DNA from: Octopus vulgaris
Taxonomy: Eukaryota
DNA length: 64,000 bases
Assembly: GCA_951406725.2 (NCBI GenBank)
Contig: OX597842.1
Span: forward strand, 33,480,001-33,544,000
Direction of reading: 5' to 3'
Shown: positions 12,746 to 25,968 of the stretch, piece by piece
How the letters are laid out: each line of letters begins with the position of its first letter
Position numbering within the stretch: position 1 is the stretch's first letter
Position numbers and translations under genes: made by a program
The notes under the pieces: model-generated
What the model was told of the DNA's origin: nothing
The model's database searches: none
The model's input: only the letters and a program-made list of their open reading frames with translations

Positions 12746-12908
12746 CGACAGGCTTCTTTCAGTTTCCGTCGACCAAATCCACTCACAAGGCTTTGGTCGG
12801 CCCGGGGCTATAGCAGAAGGTACTTGTCCAAGCTGCCATGCAGTAGGACTAAACCCGGAACCATGTGGCTGGTTAGCAAGCTACTTACCACACAGCCACT
12901 ACTGCGCC
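12450..12908 (-). mobile_element. SINE family A, full length (preceded by a + strand head fragment at 12405-12432)
   Basis: Matches family A from tail to head. Confidence 0.9.
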
Positions 12909-12971
12909 TAATATTGGGTAATTATTATTTGTTTTATAACGACTATGCCAAGCTACTGCCCTGCAGTAATA

Positions 12972-13030
<59 letters not shown>

Positions 13031-13429
13031 TAAGAGGAAGAAAGAAGAAAAATGTATGAAGCTCATAAACGTAACATCGAATCATTCACCTCGGGGTCAA
13101 AAACACAATCGTGCAAAATTAATACACCTTTGATCACGGAATTTACCCAATCAGTGCTCAGAAAATAACAGCGTCACTTTCATGAAAGTCCTTGGCATAT
13201 TTACCTCTGAAGATGGCCACAGGCACGTTCGAAAGGAAAGTGACTAGGATCTGTAGGTATATTGACATAATCCGGGCAATTGATTTTAGTATGGTTTGTA
13301 AGGATATAGGAGGAATATCTCTGAAGATAGTCAGAGGCACGTTCTAGAAAATTGCACCATATTAATCTGTATAATGTATTAGGGAATTAGTCTATAACAT
13401 TCACTAAACTTTAACCGGTTTCATGAATA

Positions 13430-15110
13430 TTAACCCTTTTGTTAGCAATCCTTCGTATTATGATACAGGCTTCCTGTTTTGATGTAAAATTATATTGAAA
13501 TTTTCCATCAAAATTTGATAAATTCTTCATTGTGAATTTCTGCGGATACATGGTAACAAAACGGTTAACCTTTTCGGTACCGATTATCTGCGACTGCCCT
13601 TGGTCCAATGCTACAATCTTCGAGTTTTTAAATGATCTGTATTAAAAGTTACCATTAAAATTTCCCGTTAATTTATGTTCCAAGTACCAGATGAGTACTG
13701 AGAAATGCTTTTGAGTAAATTCTTCAAAATTAATTGATACAAAGATGGTGGATTTCAACAAAAATATGGCAACAGAAAGCTTAAAGTGATCTAAATTATA
13801 ACTTTCTATCAAAATTTCATGTTAATTTCTGTTCCAAACACCAGCTTAATCTCTCTCTATATAAAGCTGAAGTTGTCTGTGTATGGCAGGTTTGGTAGCC
13901 TTCAACTAACACTATCTCCTCCGAGACCCTGCGGCGCAAGTTGACCAAAATTGAAAGTATGATATAAGAAGGCTTGCTCTTCCTTTCGTAGAAGAAAAGA
14001 TTCAAATCGGACCATGTTAACACCAAAAATTATTTACATCAAAAAGGTGCTTTTTTTCTATGAAAAACCCCTATTTTTTACGATGTATGGCAGGTTTGGT
14101 ATTCTTCAACTAACACTATCTCCTCCAAGGCCCTAGGGCGCAAGTTGACCCAAATTGAGAGTATGATAGAAGGCTTGTTCTTCCTTCCGTAGAATATAAA
14201 ATTCAAATCGGACCATGTTAACACCAAAAATTATTTACATCAAAAAGGTGCTTTTTATCTATGAAAATCCCAATTTTTTACGATTTTTTGACTGCTGTGT
14301 CGCCATTTTTCGGTGTATTTCAACCAGAAAAATGTTCACTTAAAGAGAATAACAAGCTACATAATGCAAAATTTTTACTTTTCAAAAAATCCAATTCTAA
14401 AGGGTCGAAACAAATCCGAGCAATGCCGGGCGATAGTGCTAGTAATGATAAAAGTTATTTTAGTAAATTCTTCATTATTTCCAAAATTAATTGAAACAGG
14501 CAATGTATTTGAACGGAAATCTGGTAACAAAGAGGTTAAAAAGTGCTAAATCAAAATCTTACATCAAAATTCCCTGTTAATTTATTTTGGAAACCTAGAT
14601 TTATAATGGCAAATTTTATTTTACTAAATTTTTCATTTCTTCTAAAATTAATTGAAACAAAACGGTATTCCAGCAAAAATCTGGTATCAGAAGGGTTAAC
14701 CTTTTTGGTACGAATCCATCTGAAGCCACCCCTGGTTCAATGATATAAGACTTTCTGTTTTAAAGAGATCTCTATCAAAAATCTTCCAACAAATTTTCTT
14801 GTTTATTTATGTTCTAAATCCCAGCTTAATGACCGAAATTAATTTACTAAACTCTTCGTTCTTTCCAAAATAAATTGAAATAATCAAGGTGCATGCCAAC
14901 GGAAATATGGTAAGAATAAGGCTAAGCCTTTTGGTACCAACCAACATGAAAAAAAACCCCTCGTTCTGTGCTTCAGCAGAAAAAATGGTAGCAAAAGGGT
15001 TAAAATTATCTAAATTAATATCTTCAAAATTTCTTAGAAATTTACTTCCTAAACACAATATAAGTATCAATAAATTTATTTTTTACCAAATTCTTCATCA
15101 TTTTCGAATT
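13430..15110. mobile_element. Tandem chain of degenerate TTAA-bounded (piggyBac-like) MITE units
   Basis: Ends resembling TTAA-CCCTTTTGTTA.. and ..TGGTAACAAAAGGG-TTAA, with TTAA at 13430, 13565, 13781, 14536, 14696 and 15000. Internal motifs such as AAATTCTTCA and AATTAATTGAAAC are repeated. Confidence 0.6.
13850..14442 (+). mobile_element. Non-autonomous Helitron with an internal 204-bp tandem duplication
   Basis: 5' TCTCTCTCTATATAAAG; 3' CCGAGCAATGCCGGGCGATAGTGCTAG; A|T insertion. GTATGGCAGG unit starts at 13881 and 14085. Confidence 0.85.
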
Positions 15111-15159
15111 TGAGACAAAAGAAGTGTATATCTATCGAAATATTCTTTTTTCTTTTTTT

Positions 15160-15364
15160 TTATTCTTTTACTTGTTTCAGTCATTTGACTGCGGCCATGC
15201 TGGAGCACCGCCTTTAGTCGAGCAAATCGACCCCAGGACTTATTCTTTGTAAGCCTTGTACTTATTCCACCGGTCTCTTTTTGCCGAACTGCTTGGTTAT
15301 GGGGACGTAAACACACCAACATCGGTTGTCAAGCGATGTTGGGGGGACAAGCACAGACACACAA

Positions 15365-15421
<57 letters not shown>

Positions 15422-15830
15422 CGACAGGCTTCTTTCAGTTTCTGTCTACCAAATCCATTCACAAAGTTTGGTTAGCCTGAGGCTATAGTAGAAGACACTT
15501 GCCCAAGGTACCACACAATGGGACTGAACCCAGAACCATGTATATATATATATACATACATACACATATACATACATATATATATTCATTCATTCTTTTC
15601 TTCTTTTACTTGTTTCAGTCATTTGAATACGGCCATGCTGGAGCACCCCCATGCAAGGTACAAGGTGTTTTTAGTCGAAGAAACCGACCCCCAGGACTAA
15701 TGTTTTGCAAAGTCTGGTACTCGCCCTATCGGTCCCCTGTGCCAAACTGCTAGGTAGCAGGGGACGTAAACGCACCAACAACGGTTGTCAAGTGGTGGTA
15801 GGGGCACAAAAACAGACACAAAAAAAACAC
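15160..15830 (-). mobile_element. Two SINE A copies (15160-15540 with truncated head; 15600-15830 3' half)
   Basis: Family A tail and core motifs. Confidence 0.85.
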
Positions 15831-15843
15831 ACATATATATAAA

Positions 15844-17115
15844 TTTACCTTTCATTGTTGTGGGGTTGATAAAATAAAGTAGCAGTGATATACTGGGGTA
15901 GATTTAATATTCCTATAAAACATCCAAGATGTCAATGGAATTATAATAGAAGACTAACACTAACTTTACCTTTCATTGTTGTGGGGTTGATAAAATAAAG
16001 TAGCAGTGATATACTGGGGTAGATTTAATATTCTTATAAAACATCAAAGATGTCAATGGAATTATAATAGAAGACTAACACTAACTTTACCTTTCATTGT
16101 TATGGGGTTGATAAAATAAAGTAGCAGTGATATACTGGGGTAGATTTAACATTCCTATAAAACATCCAAGATGTCAATGGAATTATAATAGAAGACTAAC
16201 ACTAACTTTACCTTTAATTGTTGTGGGGTTGATAAAATAAAGTAGCAGTGATATACTGGGGTAGATTTAATATTCCTATAAAACATCTGAGATGTCAATA
16301 GAATTATAATAGAATACTAACACTAACTTTACCTTTCATTGTTGTGGGGTGGATAAAATAAAGTAGCAGTGATATACTGGGGTAGATTTAATATTCCTAT
16401 AAAACATCCAAGATGTCAATGGAATTATAATAGAAGACTGACACTAACTTTACCTTTCATTGTTGTGGGGTGGATAAAATAAAGTAGCAGTGATATACTG
16501 GGGTAGATTTAATATTCCTATAAAACATCCAAGATGTCAATGGAATTATAATAGAAGACTAACACTAACTTTACCTTTCATTGTTGTGGGGTTGATAAAA
16601 TAAAGTAGCAGTGATATACTGGGGTAGATTTAATATTCTTATAAAACATCCAAGATGTCAATGGAATTATAATAGAAGACTAACACTAACTTTACCTTTC
16701 ATCGTTGTGGGGTTGATAAAATAAAGTAGCAGTGATATACTGGGGTAGATTTAATATTCTTATAAAACATCCAAGATGTCAATGGAATTATAATAGAAGA
16801 CTAACACTAACTTTACCTTTCATTGTTGTGGGGTTGATAAAATAAAGTAGCAGTGATATACTGGGGTAGATTTAATATTCCTATAAAACATCAAATATGT
16901 CAATGGAATTATAATAGAAGACTAACATTAACTTTACCTTTCATTGTTGTGGGGTTGATAAAATAAAGTAGCAGTGATATACTGAGGTAGATTTAATATT
17001 CCTCTAAAACATCCAAGATGTCAATGGAATTATAATAGAAGACTAACACTAACTTTACCTTTCATCGTTGTGGGACTGAAAAAATAACAGTGAAATATTG
17101 GGGTAGAGTTAATCG
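15844..17115 (-). repeat. 121-bp tandem satellite, about 10.5 copies, inverted relative to 7535-8133
   Basis: TTTACCTTT(C)AT recurs every 121 bp; the unit is the reverse complement of the 7535 array unit. Confidence 0.97.
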
Positions 17116-17234
17116 ACTCAAAGTTCTTACATTCCAAACACTAATAACTTGCATAGTGTTAACGGTATAAAATTACCGAATACTTGGTTTCTGAATATGC
17201 CAACAGGGCAGGCTTTTCATCGCTATGTTTAGTA

Positions 17235-17285
<51 letters not shown>

Positions 17286-17651
17286 GAATTCTTGGAATCA
17301 GTATCGTGTGTGTATGCTATTTACAGGATGTGAAGAATACAATACGAAGACGGTATCCAATATCGCGAGCAACAACATGCCACGTAACTGAATGTTACAC
17401 ACACACACATACACACGCGTATAATACTCGTCTGTTTTACAAATTCTTATACACCTCGGTGATCAACAAAGTCTGACAGGAAAATTGAAGGCCTCCAATC
17501 ATCCACACACACACACACTTGCGAGTGTATATATATATATAAGAGCATAGAGAGATAGATAGATGTGTGTTTTTCAAACTCTCCCGCCATATGTGTGTAT
17601 GCCTATATATATAATGTACACACTCATACATATATGTAAATATACATTAAC

Positions 17652-17699
<48 letters not shown>

Positions 17700-17797
17700 C
17701 ATATATATGCATATATAGATAGATAGATATATGTATATATATATATATATATATAGATAGATAGATAGATATATGTATATATATATCGATAGATAGA

Positions 17798-17848
<51 letters not shown>

Positions 17849-17859
17849 ATGTATATATA

Positions 17860-18108
17860 TATGATAACGACCTGGAACCCACAAGATTAAACAAGAGAGA
17901 CAGTGAAACAGGCAGAAACAAGGAAAATACCCTTTGTATTTGAATACTATGCAAATATTCTTTTAAAAAAACTTTTCTTTTAATTTTTCCAAAATTTAAA
18001 TTTTTTCCATACTTAGAGTTGAAAAAGTCTCAATGACTGAAACCGGTACTGAAATGATTTTTATAAAATTATTTTAGCATTTTCTATCTTGACTTTTATT
18101 TTGCCATT

Positions 18109-18115
<7 letters not shown>
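17860..18115 (+). mobile_element. Penelope-like relic with a degenerate hammerhead-like motif
   Basis: TTGAAAA-AGTC(TCAAT)GACT-GAAA-CCGG-TA at 18019-18048; flanked by (TA)n. Confidence 0.4.
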
Positions 18116-18170
<55 letters not shown>

Positions 18171-18188
18171 CAGGATAAGCTACCCATG

Positions 18189-18234
<46 letters not shown>

Positions 18235-18996
18235 TATGAAGGAACGTGCGTATATAGACGCATAAGCATACGTATGTATATACATATATATGTATATATA
18301 AATGTTTGTGTATGTGTGTATGTGTGTTTGTATGTGTGTTCTCTTTTTCTTGTTCTAGGGGACTTCTTTGCAGAATTTTTTTAATTCGAATTAATCAGCC
18401 TTAGCACTTCTATTCTTTTAAACCTTGTTCTTATCCTACGGGTGCAACACACACACACAGACACATAGCTGTGGTCGATCCTTTGGTACATTAGAAGACG
18501 TTCGCCGAAGGTGCCACGCAGTAGGACTGAACCCAGAACCATGAGGCTAGGAACCAAGCTTCTTACCACACAGCTCGTGGAAATGTGTACTCAATACGTA
18601 ATATAAAGTACATTCAAAATATTATTCAAAACCGGATGCCTACTTAATACGACTTTTAGTTCGATTTCGTCATGAATAATTAATCTGATCATTTCAAACA
18701 TCTGATTCCGACAGATCGAATTTCGGTGATCGAAGTCAATTGGGAATCAGTGAAATGATCGGTGCATCGAACAAATTGCATTGTGCTTTTTAAAGTTTCT
18801 CGGATTGAATCGCGCCCAAGCCTGCTAAGTTGTTTATTTTTCTGAGGTCGACAAAATGAAGTACCAGTTATACACTGGGAGAAAAATATAAGTGTTTTCT
18901 TCATAGATGTATCTGTTCTCCTGCTCAGTTTAGAAAGGGGTAAATCTCACCATATATATACTTATATACACAAGCAAATGATACATAAGCTACGTG

Positions 18997-19057
<61 letters not shown>

Positions 19058-19847
19058 ATGTATGTATGTATGTACATAATATCGAGATCTCTCATTCTTT
19101 TGTTGTCATACAATTACTATATATAATTGATATATATATATATACATATACATATATATATATATATGTAAATATACACACATATATATATATATATGCA
19201 TATATGTATATATACACATATATATATGCATATATGTATATATACACATATATATATATATATATATTGTTCTAGTTATAATTATAAAAAAGATGCATTC
19301 AAACGCGCATATTATTGTATGCATTTATATATACATGTATGTATAAATATATGTATGCTTTATGTGTGTATATATGTGTGTGTCTTACATCTATATGCAC
19401 GTTGGCGTTTCAAGACAAGTTAGGTGGGGGGGGGGGGAAGAAAGAACAAAATTGGATTAAAATACTGCAAACAGCATGGAAAGACCTCCGGGTGGATTTC
19501 TACCCGTAATTGAAAAACCACAGCTTTTTCAACCCGTGTCAGACAGAACTACAAAATCTATACATTCCCGATTATCTTCGAATTAATTTCAAAAGCCACG
19601 ATATAAAAAGGCAGATCGAAGTCGCCACAAAGAGGAGTCACTGCGGCACTTGCTGTGGGTAGGGTGTCGCCGGAATGGTTTTAAATTTCAATCAATTACT
19701 GCACTTTATGTTTGTATTGAGTACTTCTTCCCAGAATCTCGGAACCGCTGTTTAATTATGGATTCAAACATATATACATATTTGTACATATATACCTATG
19801 TGTATAAATATATATTTATACATCTTTGTCTGTCTATATATATGTAT

Positions 19848-19904
<57 letters not shown>

Positions 19905-20067
19905 CATACTTATTCATCTTTATACATATGTACGTATATATATATATATATTTCCGTATACACATGTGTGTGTGTATATAAACATATACATACATGTGTA
20001 TATATGTATGTATCTCTGTATATAAATATATACATCAGTGAATAAATATATATAAATACATGTAAAT

Positions 20068-20128
<61 letters not shown>

Positions 20129-20240
20129 CATACATACATACATACATATATATATATATACATACATATATATGTGTGTGTGTATGCACACATCTATACA
20201 CAGATTTATGTATAAAAGTCCCCTCGTGTGTCTGTGCACA

Positions 20241-20280
<40 letters not shown>

Positions 20281-20815
20281 TGTGTTTGTCCATCACCATC
20301 ACTTGGCGTCCGGTGTTGGTGTGTTTACGTCCTTGTAACATAGCGTTTCAGCAAAAAAAACAAAAAAACATTACAAGAACAAAAATGAAATAAGATAAAA
20401 ATGAAAAATAAAAATAAAATAACAAAGGAAAAATACTGTGGTCGGTTACTTCGGATAAACCCATCAAAGTCCTGCCCCAGCATGGCCGCATTCCAGTGAC
20501 TATAACAAGGAAGAGATAACCAAAGATGTATATGCTCAAACATGTTAGTATATATACATATATACACATACAGTATGTATATAGACGTGCATATATGTAT
20601 GTATATATGTGCGTATATGGATGTGTATATTTTCATATACACCCTGAGTGTGTGTATGTTTGTGTGTGTAGGTATGCTTTGTGTACATGAGCAGGTGTAT
20701 ATATGTCTCTTTTACCCTTTTCTTTCTCTACGTTTCAGTTATTAGTCTGCGGCCAAGCTGGGGCACCTTCTTGAAGAATATTAGGCGAACGAATTAACCC
20801 AAGTACATATATATA

Positions 20816-20846
<31 letters not shown>

Positions 20847-20849
20847 GCT

Positions 20850-21057
20850 CTTATACTTGCTTCAGTCATTTGACTGCGGTCATGCTGGAGCACCGCTTTT
20901 AGTCCAGCAAATCGACCCCACCACTTAATCTTTGCAAGCCTAGTACATATTCTATCGGTTATTTTCCCGAACCGCTAAGTTACGCGGACGTAAACACACC
21001 AGCATCGGTTGTCAAGCAAGGTTCGTGGGGAGGAGGGCAAACATAGACACACAAGCA

Positions 21058-21110
<53 letters not shown>

Positions 21111-21235
21111 GACAGGCTTCTTTCAGTTTCCATGTACCAAATCCACTAACAAGGCTTTTGTCGGCCCGAGGCTACAGTAGAAGACACTTGCCCAAGGTAC
21201 CTCGCAGTGGGACTGAACCTGGAACCATGTGATCG
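20850..21235 (-). mobile_element. SINE family A with truncated head; further diverged fragments at 20240-20520 (+) and 20725-20805 (-)
   Basis: Family A motifs. Confidence 0.85.
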
Positions 21236-21413
21236 GGAACAAAGCCCCACAAAACTATATATTTGTTTATAAATACATACACCCACCCCCACACCATACA
21301 TATATATACCTAGACAAAATGCATGTATATATTATGTATATATATGTGTATATGTGTGTCCGTGTGTCTATGTATGTATGTATACAGATTTACCTAGATA
21401 TATATATATACAG

Positions 21414-21513
<100 letters not shown>

Positions 21514-22207
21514 GTGTGAAGAGACAGACGATATATTCACGAAAGATTACTAAATCATTCGGACGCTCAACTTCCAACAATATGTGAAGATTATGTGAAG
21601 TGAAAACTTGCAAAAACAACCCCCAAAAAGCTGTAATTCTATACCACACACACACAAACACACACACATATATGTATATATATATATCTGAGTGTGTGTG
21701 TGTGTAGTATTATACATACATTTTATATATAACAAGCGTGTAAGTGTTATAATCGCGTAGATTACAAAGTCTCCTAAAAATGTTACCATGTGCGTGTGTG
21801 TGTGTATATATATACACACACATATGCATGCCAATGTGTGTGTGTATATACATATATATACATATATAAATACACATACATATATATACATACATACATA
21901 CATATATATATACATACATATATATATACATACATGCATATATATACATACATACATATATATACATACATACATATATACATACATATATGTGTATATA
22001 TATATATATAGATATATATATATACACTCACACATATGCGCACTTATACAGGTAGGCATACACACTTACACACACACACACACATATATATATACATATA
22101 TATATATATACATACATACATACATATATATATATACATACACATACACATATGCGCTCTCATACAGGCAGGCACACACACGCACATACACACATATATA
22201 TATATAC

Positions 22208-22241
<34 letters not shown>

Positions 22242-22412
22242 TACAGATTTTATTCATGCATGAAAAAATATATGTTATGCTAAACTCTTTCTGTTGCTAA
22301 ATTATATCGATGTATGAACATACATATATATATATATATGTGTGTATGATTATGTATATAAGTATATATTTATATTTTTCTTGCATGCTTCTCTGCTCAA
22401 AAGCTTTGACCA

Positions 22413-22458
<46 letters not shown>

Positions 22459-22612
22459 CAATGGACTGGCAAAACGCCTCAACACGCGCTGAAAATATAC
22501 GCCAAAGGCGCTAAAACCAACTTATTGTAGGTTTTTATTTTCGTGCTGACCCCCTGATAAAATCGTGAATGATTTTCTCCTCATATTTATGTATATATAT
22601 ATATATATATAT

Positions 22613-22876
22613 AGAATGGTTGTATACTGTCAATCTAACAAGAACGTGACAGTAGGGGGTACACCACCGTTGTATAGCCCTAGGATGCATCGAACGCCTG
22701 ACAGCTTCGACACATTTTTCCCCTGTGTCCTTATATACACATACGAATATATAAGGACACAGGGAAAAAAATGTGTCGAAGCTGTTAGGAGGCGTTCGAT
22801 GCCTCCTAGGGCTATACAACGGTGGTGTACCCCCTACTGTCACGTTCTTGTTAGATTGACAGTATACAACCATTCT
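22613..22876. repeat. Near-perfect 264-bp palindrome (arms about 125 bp, 10-nt loop)
   Basis: 22613-22737 is the reverse complement of 22748-22876 apart from a few substitutions and small indels. Confidence 0.97.
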
Positions 22877-22928
22877 GTCGCCCCACCACCGTACAGGTCT
22901 CTACGAGAGATTTAGAAATTCAATATTT

Positions 22929-22975
<47 letters not shown>

Positions 22976-22980
<5 letters not shown>

Positions 22981-23239
22981 TCAGCTCAGAGCTGCGGCCA
23001 TGCTGATGCACCGCCGTTTTGTGCTACACTGTTATTACTAGGAGCATCCTCAAATATGTGGCACTTGGTGAAGAATGGAGTTTGATATAGCTACTCTCAT
23101 TTGCACCTCTTGCCGTGAGGTAGGTTCATCTGGGACTCTTGACAGGAAGAGGACCAGCTTTGATTTAAAACCCCCTACATCTACATTATGCAAGTTCCTC
23201 AAACTCTTTGGAATAATATTAAAAAGCTGTGGGCCCTTG

Positions 23240-23241
<2 letters not shown>
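22976..23241 (-). mobile_element. 5'-truncated CR1-group LINE 3' end (ORF2 C-terminus plus 3' UTR)
   Basis: Minus frame 23241-23050 reads [63 protein letters not shown]. This resembles the GPxLFNxLP..FK..L..FL..VPDEP..SNS tail of invertebrate CR1-group ORF2. Absent from the ORF track. Confidence 0.8.
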
Positions 23242-23278
<37 letters not shown>

Positions 23279-23349
23279 GAAATGAGGTATTCAGAAAATC
23301 GGATGGTTTATATTTACAGATATTTATTTGTATATTACATTTTTTATTT

Positions 23350-23427
<78 letters not shown>

Positions 23428-23452
23428 TACATATATATATATACATATATAC

Positions 23453-23520
<68 letters not shown>

Positions 23521-23902
23521 GCATACACACACACAAACACACACAGGAAAAGGCAGACAGGTAAACAAATAGTGTGTCACACCTCACAACATTGTGTGTG
23601 TGAGTGTATGTGTGGTATGTAAATTTTCTGATAATATTATACAATACTCGAGGCGCTAAATATATTAGCAAAAATGTTTAATAATATAGTAACTGTATAA
23701 AAAATGCTTCCAGTGTATAATTTTTGTATGTTCAATATAAGATATGCAAGTCATATACTCCTTTGTGAGTGTGTGTATAGAATATTAGTATTAGAGGTGG
23801 TGTGTTTAGTAATTTTGCGAGTAAAATATAGTTCTACACACACCAAGTTTTACGTATAACTTTTGAGCTGAACTGCTTGCGGTGATGAAAATTAGCTAAT
23901 GT

Positions 23903-24313
23903 ACTCTTTTACTTGTTTCAGTCATTTGACTGCGGCTATGCTGGAGCACCGCCTTTAATCGAGCAACTCGACCCCGGGACTTATTCTTTTGTAAGCCCAG
24001 TACTTATTCTATCGGTTTCTCTTTTGCCGAACCGCTAAGTGACGGGGGACATAAACACACCAGCATCGGTTGTCAAGCAATGCTAGGGGGACAAACACAG
24101 ACACACAAACACACACACACATACATATATATATGTATATACATATATACGACAGACTTCTTTCAGTTTCCGTCTACCAAATCCACTCACAAGGCATTGG
24201 TCGACCCGAGGCTATAGCAGAAGACACTTGCCCAAAGCGCCACGCAGTGGGACTGAACCCGGAACCATGTGGTTGGTAGACAGGCTACTTACCACACAGC
24301 CACTCCTGCGCCT
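23903..24313 (-). mobile_element. SINE family A, full length
   Basis: Tail-to-head match ending CACTCCTGCGCC. Confidence 0.92.
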
Positions 24314-24444
24314 AGTTACGTCGGTTTTATCGTTTCCTAGACTCTCCAAACTGAGATATTTCCTATGCCATTTCACCAAAATGTATATAAATATGTAAAC
24401 ATGAACACACGCAAAGACACGTATGTATGTATGCTTAAAAATAC

Positions 24445-24752
24445 AAAATAAAATAATCGCGGTTCACTTATCGCGGTTCACCTATCGCGGTTTATTACTT
24501 AAGCTTACCTCGATTCCTCCGCGGTGTTTGTTTTGCGTTTATAATAAAATAGATATATAAAAATGGTAAAAGAAGAAAAAAGTATATATACCAGCGGTGG
24601 TGCCCCAGCATGGCCGCGGCCTTCGGGCTAAAACATTTTAAAGGATTTATATATATACAGTACAGTGCTGTTTCTACTTCGCGGATTTTCATATATCGCG
24701 GTTGGGGGGGGGGGGGCAGAGTGTAACACCCGCGATATTCGAGGCATTACTG
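24445..24752. mobile_element. pogo/Tigger-like (Tc1-mariner superfamily) MITE relic
   Basis: Right end CCCGCGATATTCGAGGCATTACTG|TA (reverse complement CAGTAATGCCTCGAATATCGCGG). Subterminal ATCGCGG repeats on the left; left TIR decayed. Confidence 0.6.
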
Positions 24753-24867
24753 TACGTGTGCATATATATATGTGTGTGTATATATATGTGTGTGTATATA
24801 TATGTGTGTGTGTATCATGTATATGTAAATGTATATATACGTGTGTGTATATATGTATATGTATATA

Positions 24868-24912
<45 letters not shown>

Positions 24913-25509
24913 GTATATATATATGTATATATATGTGTGTGTGTGTGCCTGTGTATACATTCAACCACCCGTAAGCGCACACACACTGTGTTAACTCGTG
25001 CATAGAGCTAAATATTTTTACTCAAATTTCACTCCCTACTGGACGCCGGTCGGTTGCAGGGTTCATATCCAGAACATCGGAAGGATTACATTGACCTCAG
25101 TACGTGACTGGTACTTTATTTTATCAATCTTCACCTCCACCCGAAGAGATGAAAGCCAAAGTTTAACCTCAGCGGAACGTAAACCGCCGGAACAAAATAC
25201 TATTCTGCAGTTTATTCGGCGCTTAAACGATTCGACAACTTCTACAAAATAACCTTCCTCTTTCTAACAAAGAATGAAAATACTTTATGACACATGAAAT
25301 TATAACACTAGTACTAACTTCCTAGTCATAACTAGCAAAAGCGAAACCGGTCGACTATGCAAATATTTTATTTCATAAAAATATAACTTTTGTTTAACAC
25401 AAAATTTCTATAAGTTTTACTACTTTTTATATTTTTAGCTACAATTCAGCACGTGGGAAAAAAGAAACAATTTTCATTGACATTTTTGACTATATATGTA
25501 TGTATATAT

Positions 25510-25914
25510 AGGCGCAGGAATGGCTGTATGGTAAGTAGCTTTCTTACCAACCACATAGCTCCGGGTTCAGTCCCACTGCGTGGCACCTTGGGAAAGTACC
25601 TTATACTATAGCCTCGAGCCGATAGAAACCTTGAGTGGATTTGGTAGACGAAAACTGAAAGAAACCCGTCGTCTGTGTGTGTGTATATATATATGTTTGT
25701 GCATCTGTGTTTGTGTCCCACCCCCATCATCGCTTGGTAACCGATGTTGGTGTGTTTACGCCCCCGTAACCTAGCGGTTCGGCAGAAGTGAAACCGAGAG
25801 AATAAGTACTAGGCTTACAAAGAAGGCCTAGGGTCAATTTGTTCGACTAAAGGCGGTGCTCCAGCATGGCCGCAGTCAACTGACTGAAACAAATAAAAGA
25901 ATAAAAAGAATAAG

Positions 25915-25915
<1 letters not shown>
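25510..25915 (+). mobile_element. SINE family A, full length; a head fragment follows at about 26125-26270
   Basis: GGCGCAGGAATGGC head through GACTGAAACAAATAAAAGA tail. Confidence 0.88.

Positions 25916-25968
<53 letters not shown>

Noticed and set aside
13203-13350. Duplicated CTCTGAAGAT..AGGCACGTTC motif as a hammerhead
   Set aside because: Stem II to GAAA geometry and helix III/I pairing do not fit; treated as a short decayed duplication.
15844-17115. CRISPR-like regular array
   Set aside because: Whole units are repeated with no unique spacers, there are no cas genes, and the context is eukaryotic.
23075-23572. 165-aa + strand ORF
   Set aside because: Antisense to the LINE fragment and continues into TA repeats.
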